Source: Acidobacteriota bacterium (GTDB lineage: Bacteria; Acidobacteriota; Thermoanaerobaculia; Multivoradales; Multivoraceae). Taken from it: DNA of 64,000 bases. The stretch covers positions 3,570 to 67,569 of the forward strand of contig JAPOXA010000139.1 of NCBI GenBank assembly GCA_026707325.1. The letters are read 5' to 3'. Shown in pieces: positions 1 to 9,125 of the stretch; the stretch's first letter is position 1; each line of letters starts with the position of its first letter. Made by a program: the position numbers and the translations under genes. The notes beneath the pieces were generated by a model. That model had not been told where the DNA came from. It saw only the letters and a program-made list of their open reading frames with translations, and did no database searches.

Positions 1-889
1 CATCGGCGGCGTCGGCCTGGTGTCGATGGAGTTCATCTCCTCGCGGGCGATCGTCGACGGCAACCAGCGCACGCGGGACCTCATGTACTTCGCCGAGGAA
101 GAGCGGCCGCTGGCGATTCAGATCTACGGCTCGGACGCGGAGACGATGGCGGAGGCGGCCGAGGTCGTCCAGGAGCTCGGGCCCGACGTCTGCGACATCA
201 ACATGGGCTGTCCCGCCAACAAGGTGCTGAAGGGCTGCGCCGGCGCCGCCCTGATGGGCGACCTAGACCTGGCCGGCCGCATCATCCGCGAAGTGCGGAG
301 CCGCATCCGGATTCCACTGACCGTCAAGTTCCGGCTCGGTCTCAACCACAGCGAGACCAACTACCTCGACCTGGGGCGCCTCTGCGAAGACCTCGGGGTC
401 GACGCCGTGACGATGCACGCGCGGACCGCGAAGCAGATGTTCCGGGGGGAAGCGGACTGGACCCACCTGGCGCGGCTCAAGGAGGCTCTCTCCATCCCGG
501 TGATCGGCAACGGCGACATCACCACCCCCGAGGACGCCGAGCGACTGCTCCGACAGACCGGCTGCGACGGCGTCATGGTTGGCCGCGGCGCGACCCGGAA
601 CCCATGGATCTTCCATCAGATCCGGAGCCACCTGCTCGGCACGGAGGCGCCGGAGCCCACCCTGATCGACCGGCGCGACCTGATCCTGGGCCACTTTCAC
701 ATGGTGGCAGAACGGGAAGCCAACCGCTTCGCACTGCACAAGCTGCGGAAATTCACCGGCTGGTACACCTACGGACTGCCCAACGGCAAGCGCCTGCGCC
801 AGCAGATCCAGCAACTCGACACGGTGGAGAAGTTTCTGGTCGCGGTCGAGGCCTTCTTCGACCAGCAGCTCGACGACCTGGCCGCCTAG
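1..889 (+). CDS. dusB: tRNA-dihydrouridine synthase (DusB-like), 5' end outside window
   Basis: ORF 20..889 stays in frame back to position 2 (IGGVGLVSMEF...). Motifs GLVxxEMxSxxA, PLAIQIYGSD, DINMGCP, KFRLGxN and GNGDI match the DUS TIM-barrel. Stop TAG at 887-889. Confidence 0.85.
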   Translation, partial: IGGVGLVSMEFISSRAIVDGNQRTRDLMYFAEEERPLAIQIYGSDAETMAEAAEVVQELGPDVCDINMGCPANKVLKGCAGAALMGDLDLAGRIIREVRSRIRIPLTVKFRLGLNHSETNYLDLGRLCEDLGVDAVTMHARTAKQMFRGEADWTHLARLKEALSIPVIGNGDITTPEDAERLLRQTGCDGVMVGRGATRNPWIFHQIRSHLLGTEAPEPTLIDRRDLILGHFHMVAEREANRFALHKLRKFTGWYTYGLPNGKRLRQQIQQLDTVEKFLVAVEAFFDQQLDDLAA

Positions 890-909
890 GGCGCCACGCA
901 GGCCGCCCC

Positions 910-1395
910 GTGGACGCACCGTATGAGATCGAACTCGATCTGACGCCCGACGAAGCGCTCGAAGCGCTCTCCGACGGCGCCGATGCCTGGAACGGAACCT
1001 GGCACCGGCAGGGTACGGGCGGCCAGTTGACCCTGCCGGTGGCAGCCGGCGTCCGCCACGGCGTCCTCTACGGCTCCGTGTCCGTCCGGCCCAGCGGCGA
1101 AGGAGTCCGCGTGACCTACCACGTCGACCGCTCGGAGTACGCCACGAACGCCGGCGCGGTCGGCGTCCTGGCCCTGGGCGCGCTGGGGGTCCTGGCGATG
1201 CTGGCCTGGCCCCTGCTGCCTGGAACCTCTCCGAACCTGGCCGGGAGCGGCTTCATCCTCATCCTGCTGGCGTGGCTGGTCGTCGGGTCCAGGCTGAGAC
1301 ACCGCGGCGCAGCGGACTTCCTGGCCAGCCTCGGGCCACGGCCGGGCGAGATTCCGCGCGGCCCGTTCGCTCCGCGCCAGAACGAGACCACCTAG
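910..1395 (+). CDS. hypothetical membrane protein (GTG start chosen just after dusB stop)
   Basis: 3' portion of ORF 604..1395. Two hydrophobic segments (AVGVLALGALGVLAMLAWPLL, GFILILLAWLVVG). No recognisable family. Start uncertain. Confidence 0.3.
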   Translation: MDAPYEIELDLTPDEALEALSDGADAWNGTWHRQGTGGQLTLPVAAGVRHGVLYGSVSVRPSGEGVRVTYHVDRSEYATNAGAVGVLALGALGVLAMLAWPLLPGTSPNLAGSGFILILLAWLVVGSRLRHRGAADFLASLGPRPGEIPRGPFAPRQNETT

Positions 1396-1442
1396 TGACC
1401 CGGGTCTTCTGACCCGGGCCCCTTCGCTCCGCGGCCCCGACC

Positions 1443-3698
1443 GTGGTCATGGACCGGAAGCGCGATACCGTCATGCGCTTGAGCCAACCTTGGACAAAGC
1501 GGATCGCCGCGGCGGTCCTCACGCTCGCGGTCATCGGCTGCGCGGCCGAGCCAGAAACCGGGCAAGGCCCATCAGCACCGCCGGCACCCGCAGCGCAGGG
1601 AGCTCCCGCCTGGGCCGCCGACGTCGTCATCCACCGCGACGAGTGGGGAGTGCCTCACATCAAGGCCTCCACCGACGCCGCGGTCGCCTTTGGTTCGGCC
1701 TGGGCGCAGTGCGAGGACCACTTCTTCCAGCTCGAGGACACCTACATCAAGGCCCTCGGCCGCTACGCGGAGGTCGTCGGCGAGTCCGGGTTCCGCACCG
1801 ACCTCGAGGTGGCCCTCTTCGACCTGGTGGGGACCTCCCGCCGCGACTTCCCCAACCTGCCCGAGAACATCCGCCGCATCGCCGAGGCCTTCGCCGCCGG
1901 CTACAACTACTACCTGGAGAAACACCCCGAGGAGAAGCCGCGCCTGCTGACGCGCATGGAGCCCTTCCACGTGCTCGCCTTCGAGCGCTACATGATCCTC
2001 GGGCGGCTGCTCGGCGCCGCCCACGCGCCGCGCGGCCGGCTGCCGCGGCTGGCGGAAGAGCTGGCCGCGTCGCTGGGCTCGAACCAGTGGGCCGTCGCCC
2101 CGTCGAAGACCCGCGACGGCAACGCGATGCTCTTCATCAATCCCCACCAGCCCTGGTACGGCTCGGGCATGTTCACGGAGATGCACGTGGTGAGCGACGA
2201 AGGGCTCAACTTCTCGGGCGCCATGTACCCGGGCGGCCCGCTGCCGACCGCCGGCTTCAACGAGCGGCTCGGCTGGGCGTACACGGTCAACGCCGCCGAC
2301 ATCTCGGACACCTACAGGCTGACCTTCGACCACCCGAGCGACCCGCTCAAGTACCTCTACGGCGAGGGCTACCGCGACGCTGAGGAGTGGCGCGCCACGA
2401 TCCAGGTCCTCGGCGACGACGGCAATCTCGAACCGCGCGAGGTCGCGCTCAGGCGCTCGCACTACGGCCCGATCATCGCCAGGGAAGACGCCGAGCACTA
2501 CCTGGCCGTCCGCGTGCCGCGCCTCTACCAGGGCAGCCGCATGGTTCAGGCGCTGGCGCAGGCCAAGGCGCGGACCTTCGAGGAGTGGTACGCCGCCGTC
2601 TCGATGCAACTGCTGCAGACCTTCAACACGACCTACGCCGACGCCGACGGAAACATCTTCTACCTCTACAACGGGACGTTCGCCCGCCGCGATCCGTCGG
2701 TCGACTGGACGAAGCCCGTCGACGGCGCCGACCCGAACAACGAGTGGGGACCGTTCCACCCCATCGAGGAGCTGCCGCAGGTCCTCAATCCACCGTCCGA
2801 GTTCGTCCAGAACTGCAACTCGACGCCCTTCACCACCACCGACGACGGCAACCCGTCCCTGCTCGACTTCCCGCCCTACATGGTCGAGGACAAGCACGAC
2901 GACAAGCGCCGGGCCAAGGTGGCCCGCTACCTCCTGCGGAACGCCCGTGATCTCACCTTCGAGGACTTCCAGGATCTCGCCTACGACACGACCCTCTACT
3001 GGCCAATGACGGAGATTCCCGTCTACGCCCGCAGGCTCGAGCAGCTCGAGCGCACCGACCCGGATCTGGCCGCCCGCGTCCGCCCCTACCTCGAGCACCT
3101 GCTGGACTGGGACTACAAGAGTTCCCTGACCTCCACGCAGGCGACGCTGGCGGTCGGCTGGTACGAGGAGCTCTACGGCCGCGGCTATCCGGTCGAGACC
3201 CTTGACCCTAAGTACGTGAACGACATGCCGGCCCGGTTTCTCGCCCTGGAGCGGGCAGCGGAGAAGCTCACCGAGCTCCACGGCGACTGGCGCGTGCCCT
3301 ACGGCGACATCCACCGCATCCAGCGCCACGCCAACCAGCCCTCAGCCGGGGGCGTCCCCTTCTCCGACGACGAGCCGAGCCTGCCGCTCGCCGGCGTCCG
3401 CGGGCCCCTGGGTGTCGCCTTCACGCTCTACCACTCGGCGCCGACGACCCTCGAGAACGGCGAAGAGCGCAAACTCCGCTACGCCGCGACCGGCGCCTCC
3501 TACATGGCCGTCTACGAGTTCGGCGAGAAGACCCGGGGAGCGAGCTACCTCCACTACGGCCAGAGCCACCGCCCCGAATCACCCCACTTCTTCGACCAGG
3601 CGAAGCTGCTCTCGGAACGACGGTTCAAGCCGGCCTGGATCCACTGGGAGGACGTGGAGGCAAACACGGTGCGGGCGTATCGGCCGGGCGACTCCTGA
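1443..3698 (+). CDS. penicillin amidase/acylase family (peptidase S45, Ntn-hydrolase) lipoprotein; possible acyl-homoserine-lactone acylase
   Basis: 751 aa. Lipobox LAVIGC after a signal peptide. Beta-subunit nucleophile GSNQWAV followed by INPHQPW (compare PvdQ SNAIAV...ANPHFPW). N-terminal HRDEWGVPHI. Confidence 0.85.
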   Translation: MVMDRKRDTVMRLSQPWTKRIAAAVLTLAVIGCAAEPETGQGPSAPPAPAAQGAPAWAADVVIHRDEWGVPHIKASTDAAVAFGSAWAQCEDHFFQLEDTYIKALGRYAEVVGESGFRTDLEVALFDLVGTSRRDFPNLPENIRRIAEAFAAGYNYYLEKHPEEKPRLLTRMEPFHVLAFERYMILGRLLGAAHAPRGRLPRLAEELAASLGSNQWAVAPSKTRDGNAMLFINPHQPWYGSGMFTEMHVVSDEGLNFSGAMYPGGPLPTAGFNERLGWAYTVNAADISDTYRLTFDHPSDPLKYLYGEGYRDAEEWRATIQVLGDDGNLEPREVALRRSHYGPIIAREDAEHYLAVRVPRLYQGSRMVQALAQAKARTFEEWYAAVSMQLLQTFNTTYADADGNIFYLYNGTFARRDPSVDWTKPVDGADPNNEWGPFHPIEELPQVLNPPSEFVQNCNSTPFTTTDDGNPSLLDFPPYMVEDKHDDKRRAKVARYLLRNARDLTFEDFQDLAYDTTLYWPMTEIPVYARRLEQLERTDPDLAARVRPYLEHLLDWDYKSSLTSTQATLAVGWYEELYGRGYPVETLDPKYVNDMPARFLALERAAEKLTELHGDWRVPYGDIHRIQRHANQPSAGGVPFSDDEPSLPLAGVRGPLGVAFTLYHSAPTTLENGEERKLRYAATGASYMAVYEFGEKTRGASYLHYGQSHRPESPHFFDQAKLLSERRFKPAWIHWEDVEANTVRAYRPGDS

Positions 3699-3744
3699 GC
3701 AGTGTCATCGACGCGCAGCGGCTGGTGTAGAATCGCCGGTCCCT

Positions 3745-4091
3745 GGGGGCGCATGGCTTCGACGGGAGATCATGCGGTTCGGGGGTTGCGTGCCGAGTCC
3801 GTCTCGTAAACCGGACCTTTACACTCGCCAACGACGAATTGGCACTGGCGGCTTAGAAGCCGTCACGGTCCTGCCGGAGCCTTGATTCGCGGCGCCGTCA
3901 GGAGCGACACTCAAAGTGGATCAAACGTCTGAGCGCGGCTCCGAACTCAGGCCGGATCACTTCGGAGCTAGACCGCGGGCCGTGGTGGCCTTCTACCCAA
4001 GCCGGCGGCGACTGATCGAGTGAAGGCTACGCACGTAGATCCCTCGCGCCGAGTCTCGCGGACGTGGGTTCGATTCCCACCGCCTCCACCA
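3745..4091 (+). ncRNA. ssrA: tmRNA (SsrA)
   Basis: 5' GGGGGCGCATGGCTTCGACGGG... and 3' ...GGACGTGGGTTCGATTCCCACCGCCTCCACCA tRNA-like ends. Internal tag reading frame GCC AAC GAC GAA TTG GCA CTG GCG GCT TAG encodes ANDELALAA. About 347 nt. Confidence 0.88.
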
Positions 4092-5145
4092 GACTTCCTC
4101 CGGTCGCTCCCCACTCGATCCACCAGCCGTGGGGCGAGGCCCGGGCCAGCAACTCCGTCTCGCCGGAACCGCTTCGGTACCTGGTCAGGGTGAGGCTCGG
4201 CGGGTGGACGCCTTCAAGCGCCACCTGCCAGACGGGCCGCTCCCGGCTCTGCGCCTCCAGCGCCGCCCTGATGCGCCGCCGGCCCTCGCGGGGAATCTGG
4301 TAGAGGGTGATCGTGGAGTAGACGACCAGCGCCGCCTCGGCCGGGACACGCTCGAGCAGGTGCGGCAGGTCTCGCGAAGCGTCGCCCCGATGGAGACGGA
4401 TCGGGCTGTCCTTCAGTTCGGCTGCGGCATCCACCAGTTGAGCGTGGCGTTCCACATGCTCGGGCCAGATCAGCGCACGCAGCCAGATCAATTCGTCCGG
4501 GTCGGCGAGGTCGATCGGGTTCACGTCGATTCCGTTCCGGCTCGCGATCGGGATCTCCGGTGGCGTCGCCGGCATTGTGCCGGGTCCCCGCAGGTCGGCT
4601 TCCAGTACGACCCGCGCCCCGTCCCTTCCCCAGCGCAGGACCTCGCTTCCGGCTCGCAGATACCGGCAGGCGTAGCGGTCGAAGTTCAGGTTCAGACCGG
4701 CGCTGGCGCCGACATCGATCAGCGCCAGCGGCGCTCCGGCCTCGCCGTAGACCAGGCCGAACACTGGCAGCAGGCAGGTGCAGCGCCGCATGACCTGGGT
4801 CTGGGTGCGGCGGTTGGCGATCAGCTCTGCGACCCGCTCGCGGTGTTCGAGGCAGAAGGCCCGGAAAGCCGGGAAGGCCGGCTCTCGGGCCGACTCCGGG
4901 TCCGAGAGGATCGGGTAGTGCGCGGCCAGCGGGTGCTCGACTCCCTGCAGCAGCAGGTACTGCACCGCCCCGAACAGCATGTTCGGCGCCGGTTGACCCT
5001 GTTGCCGGCGCGCCGCCAGGGCCAGCAGCTCGTCGTCAGCCGCCACGCCCGCGGCTAGTTCCGCATACGTCGACGAGTCGAGGTCCGGCGCCTCGACGCG
5101 CGCGAACCGCTCGAATGCGTCCCTAAGTTCCGGATGGGCGCTCAA
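4027..5145 (-). CDS. DUF2332-like conserved hypothetical protein (possible methyltransferase-like fold, motif LIDVGASAGLN)
   Basis: 372-aa ORF. Start ATG overlaps the mtnA stop (ATGA). 3' end overlaps the tmRNA 3' end on the opposite strand by about 65 nt. Family call is from memory. Confidence 0.5.
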   Translation of the reverse strand: MSAHPELRDAFERFARVEAPDLDSSTYAELAAGVAADDELLALAARRQQGQPAPNMLFGAVQYLLLQGVEHPLAAHYPILSDPESAREPAFPAFRAFCLEHRERVAELIANRRTQTQVMRRCTCLLPVFGLVYGEAGAPLALIDVGASAGLNLNFDRYACRYLRAGSEVLRWGRDGARVVLEADLRGPGTMPATPPEIPIASRNGIDVNPIDLADPDELIWLRALIWPEHVERHAQLVDAAAELKDSPIRLHRGDASRDLPHLLERVPAEAALVVYSTITLYQIPREGRRRIRAALEAQSRERPVWQVALEGVHPPSLTLTRYRSGSGETELLARASPHGWWIEWGATGGSLVEAVGIEPTSARLGARDLRA

Positions 5146-6173
5146 GGCCGGGAGCCCCCGCGATCGCCGAACGCCTCGGCGATCGACTCGCGGTAGGGCG
5201 GCCGGAGCACGCCGGCGTCCGTGATCAGGGCGGCCACGAGTTCCGCGGGCGTGACGTCGAAGGCCAGGTTCAGAGCTTCGGTGTCCTGGGGAGCGATCCG
5301 CTTGCCGAAGGCGTGGACCACCTCCTCCGCGTCACGCTCCTCGATCGGGATGTCGGCGCCCGAGGCCGTGCCGCGATCGATCGTCGACAGCGGCGCCGCG
5401 ACGTAGAAGGGAACGCCGTGCCGCGCCGCGAGCACGGCGACGGGGTAGGTGCCGACCTTGTTCGCGACGTCCCCGTTGACGGCGACGCGGTCGGCACCGA
5501 CGACGATCTTCTGGACCCAGCCCCGCGCGATGATGGCGCCGGCGCTGTTGTCCGTGATCAGGCGGTGAGGGATCGCGAGCTGCGACAGCTCCCACGTGGT
5601 CAGCCGCGAGCCCTGGAGCAGCGGCCGCGTCTCGTCGACCCAGACGCTCGCCAGCCGGCCCGCCGACCAGGCCGCTTCGACGACGCCGATCGCCGTGCCG
5701 TAGCCGGCTGTCGCCAGGGCGCCGGCGTTGCAGTGGGTCAGGACCCGATCGCCCTCCTCGAACAGGTCCCGGCCGAACGCGCCGATCCGGCGGTTCGCCT
5801 CGATGTCCTCCTGGTGCAGGTCGCGCGCCCAGGCGAGCAGCCGGGCCCGCAACTGCTTGCCCTCGCCGCCTTCGACAACGCGGTCACGGAGCGCGCGGCC
5901 CCGGTCCAGGGCCCACCGCAGGTTGACCGCCGTCGGCCGTGTGGAGAGGAGGAGGTCATAGGCCGCGCCGAAGTCGCCGGCGCCCAGTACCAGGCCGTAG
6001 GCCGCGGCTACGCCGATGGCGGGCGCCCCACGCACGGAGAGACGGCGAATCGCCCCGGCCACGTCCTCCGGCCGCCGGCAATGGAGCCAGACCTCCTGCT
6101 CCGGGAGCAGCGTCTGATCGAGCAGCAGCAGTTCGCCGTCGCTCCAGCGGATGGGCGAAAAGCCGTCTGCCAT
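5142..6173 (-). CDS. mtnA: S-methyl-5-thioribose-1-phosphate isomerase (eIF-2B alpha/beta/delta family)
   Basis: 343 aa. Motifs RPTAVNLRWALDR, THCNAGALATAGYGTAIGV and GADRVAVNGDVANKVGTYPVAVLA are typical of MtnA. Confidence 0.8.
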   Translation of the reverse strand: MADGFSPIRWSDGELLLLDQTLLPEQEVWLHCRRPEDVAGAIRRLSVRGAPAIGVAAAYGLVLGAGDFGAAYDLLLSTRPTAVNLRWALDRGRALRDRVVEGGEGKQLRARLLAWARDLHQEDIEANRRIGAFGRDLFEEGDRVLTHCNAGALATAGYGTAIGVVEAAWSAGRLASVWVDETRPLLQGSRLTTWELSQLAIPHRLITDNSAGAIIARGWVQKIVVGADRVAVNGDVANKVGTYPVAVLAARHGVPFYVAAPLSTIDRGTASGADIPIEERDAEEVVHAFGKRIAPQDTEALNLAFDVTPAELVAALITDAGVLRPPYRESIAEAFGDRGGSRP

Positions 6174-6197
6174 GGCCGAAGCGTAGCGCGCGCCGCT

Positions 6198-6827
6198 TCA
6201 GACGCCTTTCCATTCTTCCCGCTCCCGCACGTAGCGGAGGATCCGGATCTTGCCGGTGCGGTTGTAGACCCGAACCGCGAACAGGTGGTAGCCGTCCGTG
6301 ACGAAGACGGTCCCTGGACTCGCCGTGCCAAGCGGTCCGAACGACGCCAGGTCGCTGCGGCCGAACCGGACCGGGTCGTCCAGCCGGTCGAGCCGCCCCG
6401 AGCCGGTGAAGTCTCTCGGTTCGAGGTCCTCCGGGAAACCGAAACGAACGCCGCTGCCGACGTGGAGCAGGCGCGCCGGTCGCCGGATTCTCGGGTCGGT
6501 TCCGGTTCTCAGATCCGCCGTGCGCACGCCGTCGCCGTCACCGTCCGCGTAGAGCGAGAAGACGGAAGGCACCCCGTCCGGCGCCGCTTCGTCAACCTCG
6601 AACCGGACCGCGATCGCGACTCCGTGCCGCACCGCGCCGGCGCGGGCGGTCCAGAAGGCCGCCGCGATCTCGGCTGCAGCCAGGCGCACCCGGTGCTGGG
6701 AGATCTGCTGGCGCAACGGCGGCGCCGCCAGGGTCGCAAGCAGGGCGAGCACCGCGGTCGCGATCAGCAGTTCGATCAGGGTAAAGCCGTGGAGCATGGA
6801 GGCGGACGCTCGCCCGTCCGCCTCCAT
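6198..6827 (-). CDS. type IV pilin-like minor pilin / pseudopilin (GspH/FimT family) with class-III prepilin signal
   Basis: Prepilin motif MLHG-FTLIELLIATAVLALLA (Gly-1, Phe+1, Glu+5), then GspH/FimT-like body. Start placed at M27 of ORF 6198..6905; M37 (6797) is an alternative. C-terminal basic motif NRTGKIRILRY. Confidence 0.7.
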   Translation of the reverse strand: MEADGRASASMLHGFTLIELLIATAVLALLATLAAPPLRQQISQHRVRLAAAEIAAAFWTARAGAVRHGVAIAVRFEVDEAAPDGVPSVFSLYADGDGDGVRTADLRTGTDPRIRRPARLLHVGSGVRFGFPEDLEPRDFTGSGRLDRLDDPVRFGRSDLASFGPLGTASPGTVFVTDGYHLFAVRVYNRTGKIRILRYVREREEWKGV

Positions 6828-6849
6828 GCCGCCGAAGGCGCGCTCCCGG

Positions 6850-7218
6850 TCAGGGGCCGTCGGAGGGGGCATCCGACCCCGATCCGCCGGCCGGCGCCGG
6901 CTCATCCCGGGGGATCCGCACCTTCTCGGTCAACGTCGTCTCGCCCTCGATCGTCACGTAGGGCTGCATGCGCTCGAATGAACGCTCGCCGATGCCACGC
7001 ACCAGCATCAGATCGGTCGGCGACTCGAACTTGCCGTTCTCCGTGCGGAACTCCACGATTCGCCCCGCCGTCGAGGGCCCGACGCCTGGCAGCAGCGATA
7101 GGGCGGCAGCGTCGGCCGTGTTGATGTTGACCACACCGTCCGCCGCTCCGGCGGGAAGCGCCGCCAGCAGGCTCAGCAGGGTCACTGCCAGTAGTGCGGT
7201 CCTCGTTCGTCTTGTCAT
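6850..7218 (-). CDS. comEA: ComEA family helix-hairpin-helix DNA-binding (competence) protein
   Basis: Signal peptide, then NINTADAAALSLLPGVGPSTAGRIVEFRTENGKFESPTDLMLVRGIGERSFERM (HhH motifs). Start ATG at 7216-7218 with GGAG 6 nt upstream; the longer ORF to 7437 is an extension. Confidence 0.8.
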   Translation of the reverse strand: MTRRTRTALLAVTLLSLLAALPAGAADGVVNINTADAAALSLLPGVGPSTAGRIVEFRTENGKFESPTDLMLVRGIGERSFERMQPYVTIEGETTLTEKVRIPRDEPAPAGGSGSDAPSDGP

Positions 7219-7682
7219 GTGCATCTCCGTTCGTCCCCCCGGAATCCGGGTGTTGTTGGGTGTTGTTGATTTCTCCGACGGCGAGCCCGGTTCGGGAGCG
7301 AGCCTGGGGGAGTTAGGGGGGCACCGCAGTACCCCCCTGGTCCCTTGCCAACTTGGCTTTTGGCTAACCCGTTTGGGCACCTCCTTGCTCCGGGTCCGTA
7401 GGTGCCGCTCGCCCCTTTCAAGTTCCCGGCCAACCATCGGTCACTCCTCCAAACGCGGCAAACAAAGGACGTTGGCGGCACACGCGACACGGTCGACCGA
7501 GGGAGCTTCGTCAACGCAACTTGACTCGCTCCTCCCCTCGGGCGGCACGGATCTGTCTGATTTCGTTGGGCGGAGCAGCAGGCTGGCCCCGGGGTCAAGA
7601 GAAGTGGACCAACTCCAGATCTTCTGACTCGTAGGCGGCGCGCGCTCCGATCCCTGCCGGCTCGTTGTAGATTAGCCGGCCG

Positions 7683-8420
7683 ATGGCACGCGACCAGAAG
7701 AAAGCGCCGGAGCGCCCCAGGGCGCGCAACACCTCGGTGATCCGGGAGTACGTCGAGGCGCTGATCGTGGCCGCCGTGTTCCTCGGGTTCACGAACAACT
7801 TCGTGCTGAAGACCTTCTACATCCCCAGCGGCTCGATGGAGAACACGCTGCTGATCGGCGATCACCTGTTCGTGAACCGCTACATCTTCGGGCCGCGCCC
7901 CACGCTGCTCGAGAAGACGCTGCTCCCGGGACGCGAGGTCCAGCGCGGCGACATCGTCATCTTCCGGTCGCCCGAGACGCCGAAGCTGGACTTGGTCAAA
8001 CGCTGCATCGGCCTGGCCGGCGACAGGCTGAACATGGTCAACAAGCAGCTCTTCGTGAACGGCAAGCCGGTCGATGACGACGCCTACGTGATCCACCGCG
8101 ACGAGAAGGTCTACCCGGCAACGGGTCCGTACGGCCAGTACAGCACGGGCCGGGACAACTGGGGACCGGTCATCGTCCCCGAGGATCACCTCTTCTGCAT
8201 GGGCGACAACCGCGACGAGTCCCTCGACTCCCGGGCCTGGGGGAACGTACCGCTGAAGCTCATCAAGGGGCGCGCGGTCATGGTCTACTGGTCATATGGC
8301 GGCGAAACGTCGGACGGCACCTGGCACGGCTTCGGCCACCGCCTGAAGCAGCTCATGAACACGGCCCTCGGATTCCTGACCAAGACCCGCTGGGAACGGA
8401 CGTTCAAGCTCATCCAGTAG
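7683..8420 (+). CDS. lepB: signal peptidase I
   Basis: Box motifs SGSMENTLLIGDH, KRCIGLAGD, GDNRDESLDSRAWG. N-terminal membrane anchor. Confidence 0.9.
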   Translation: MARDQKKAPERPRARNTSVIREYVEALIVAAVFLGFTNNFVLKTFYIPSGSMENTLLIGDHLFVNRYIFGPRPTLLEKTLLPGREVQRGDIVIFRSPETPKLDLVKRCIGLAGDRLNMVNKQLFVNGKPVDDDAYVIHRDEKVYPATGPYGQYSTGRDNWGPVIVPEDHLFCMGDNRDESLDSRAWGNVPLKLIKGRAVMVYWSYGGETSDGTWHGFGHRLKQLMNTALGFLTKTRWERTFKLIQ

Positions 8421-8441
8421 GACGCCGAGGTCCAGCAACCC

Positions 8442-9089
8442 GTGACGCCGAACGTCTCGTGGGGCCGCAGGATAGTGACCGACGTCGCGGCGGCGCTGCT
8501 GGTCGCCGCCGTGTTCGCGCTGTTCACCAGGGCGTTCCTGGTGCAGGCCTACCGCATCCCGTCCGAGTCGATGGAGCCGGCGCTCCTGGTCGGCGACCAC
8601 CTGCTGATCAACAAGTTCATCTTCGGAGCCGGAGCCGGCCGCTGGGGCGCTCTGGTGCCCCAACGCGAAGTCCGGCGAGGCGACCTGGTCACGTTTCAGG
8701 GAATCGAAGACCCGTCCCAGGAACTCCTGAAGCGCTGCGTGGCGATCGCCGGCGACGAAGTGGAGATCGACGCGAAGAGACTCCGCCTGGGCGGAACCGC
8801 CGTCGACGAGTCGGCATACGTGGTCCACTCGGACGAACTCGTCTATCCCCGGTCCGACTTCCTCCACGAAACGGTCTGGCGCCGGGACTCCTTCGGCCCC
8901 GAACAGGTGCCGGAGCGGAGCCTGTTCTGCCTGGGAGACAACCGGGACATCTCGCGGGATTCACGCTTCTTCGGCCCGGTCGGAACGGACCTCGTCAGAG
9001 GCCGTCCGCTGCTCGTCTACTGGTCGCGGAACCGGGAAGCGGGCCCCTGGCGCTTCCGCTGGCGGCGTACCCTGCACGTTCCGCGCTGA
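8442..9089 (+). CDS. lepB: signal peptidase I, second tandem paralog
   Basis: SESMEPALLVGDH, KRCVAIAGD, GDNRDISRDSRFFG. Lies 21 nt after the first copy. Confidence 0.85.
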   Translation: MTPNVSWGRRIVTDVAAALLVAAVFALFTRAFLVQAYRIPSESMEPALLVGDHLLINKFIFGAGAGRWGALVPQREVRRGDLVTFQGIEDPSQELLKRCVAIAGDEVEIDAKRLRLGGTAVDESAYVVHSDELVYPRSDFLHETVWRRDSFGPEQVPERSLFCLGDNRDISRDSRFFGPVGTDLVRGRPLLVYWSRNREAGPWRFRWRRTLHVPR

Positions 9090-9125
9090 CCGGGGACGGC
9101 CCGAGCCAGCGAGGACTTGGGGGCG

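Noticed and set aside
1572-3329. 585-aa ORF antisense to the acylase gene
   Set aside because: Low-complexity Arg/Gly/Val-rich translation typical of the reverse strand of a high-GC gene. The sense strand carries an unmistakable S45 acylase.
3699-6200. Genomic island or prophage integrated at the tmRNA 3' end
   Set aside because: No integrase, no direct repeat of the tmRNA 3' end, and the downstream genes are conserved housekeeping or competence genes.
5313-7124. 603-aa plus-strand ORF spanning mtnA, the pilin gene and comEA
   Set aside because: Arg/Pro/Ala-rich with no domain. It is antisense to three well-supported genes.
7215-8189. 324-aa minus-strand ORF overlapping lepB
   Set aside because: Antisense artefact. 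lepB on the plus strand is certain.
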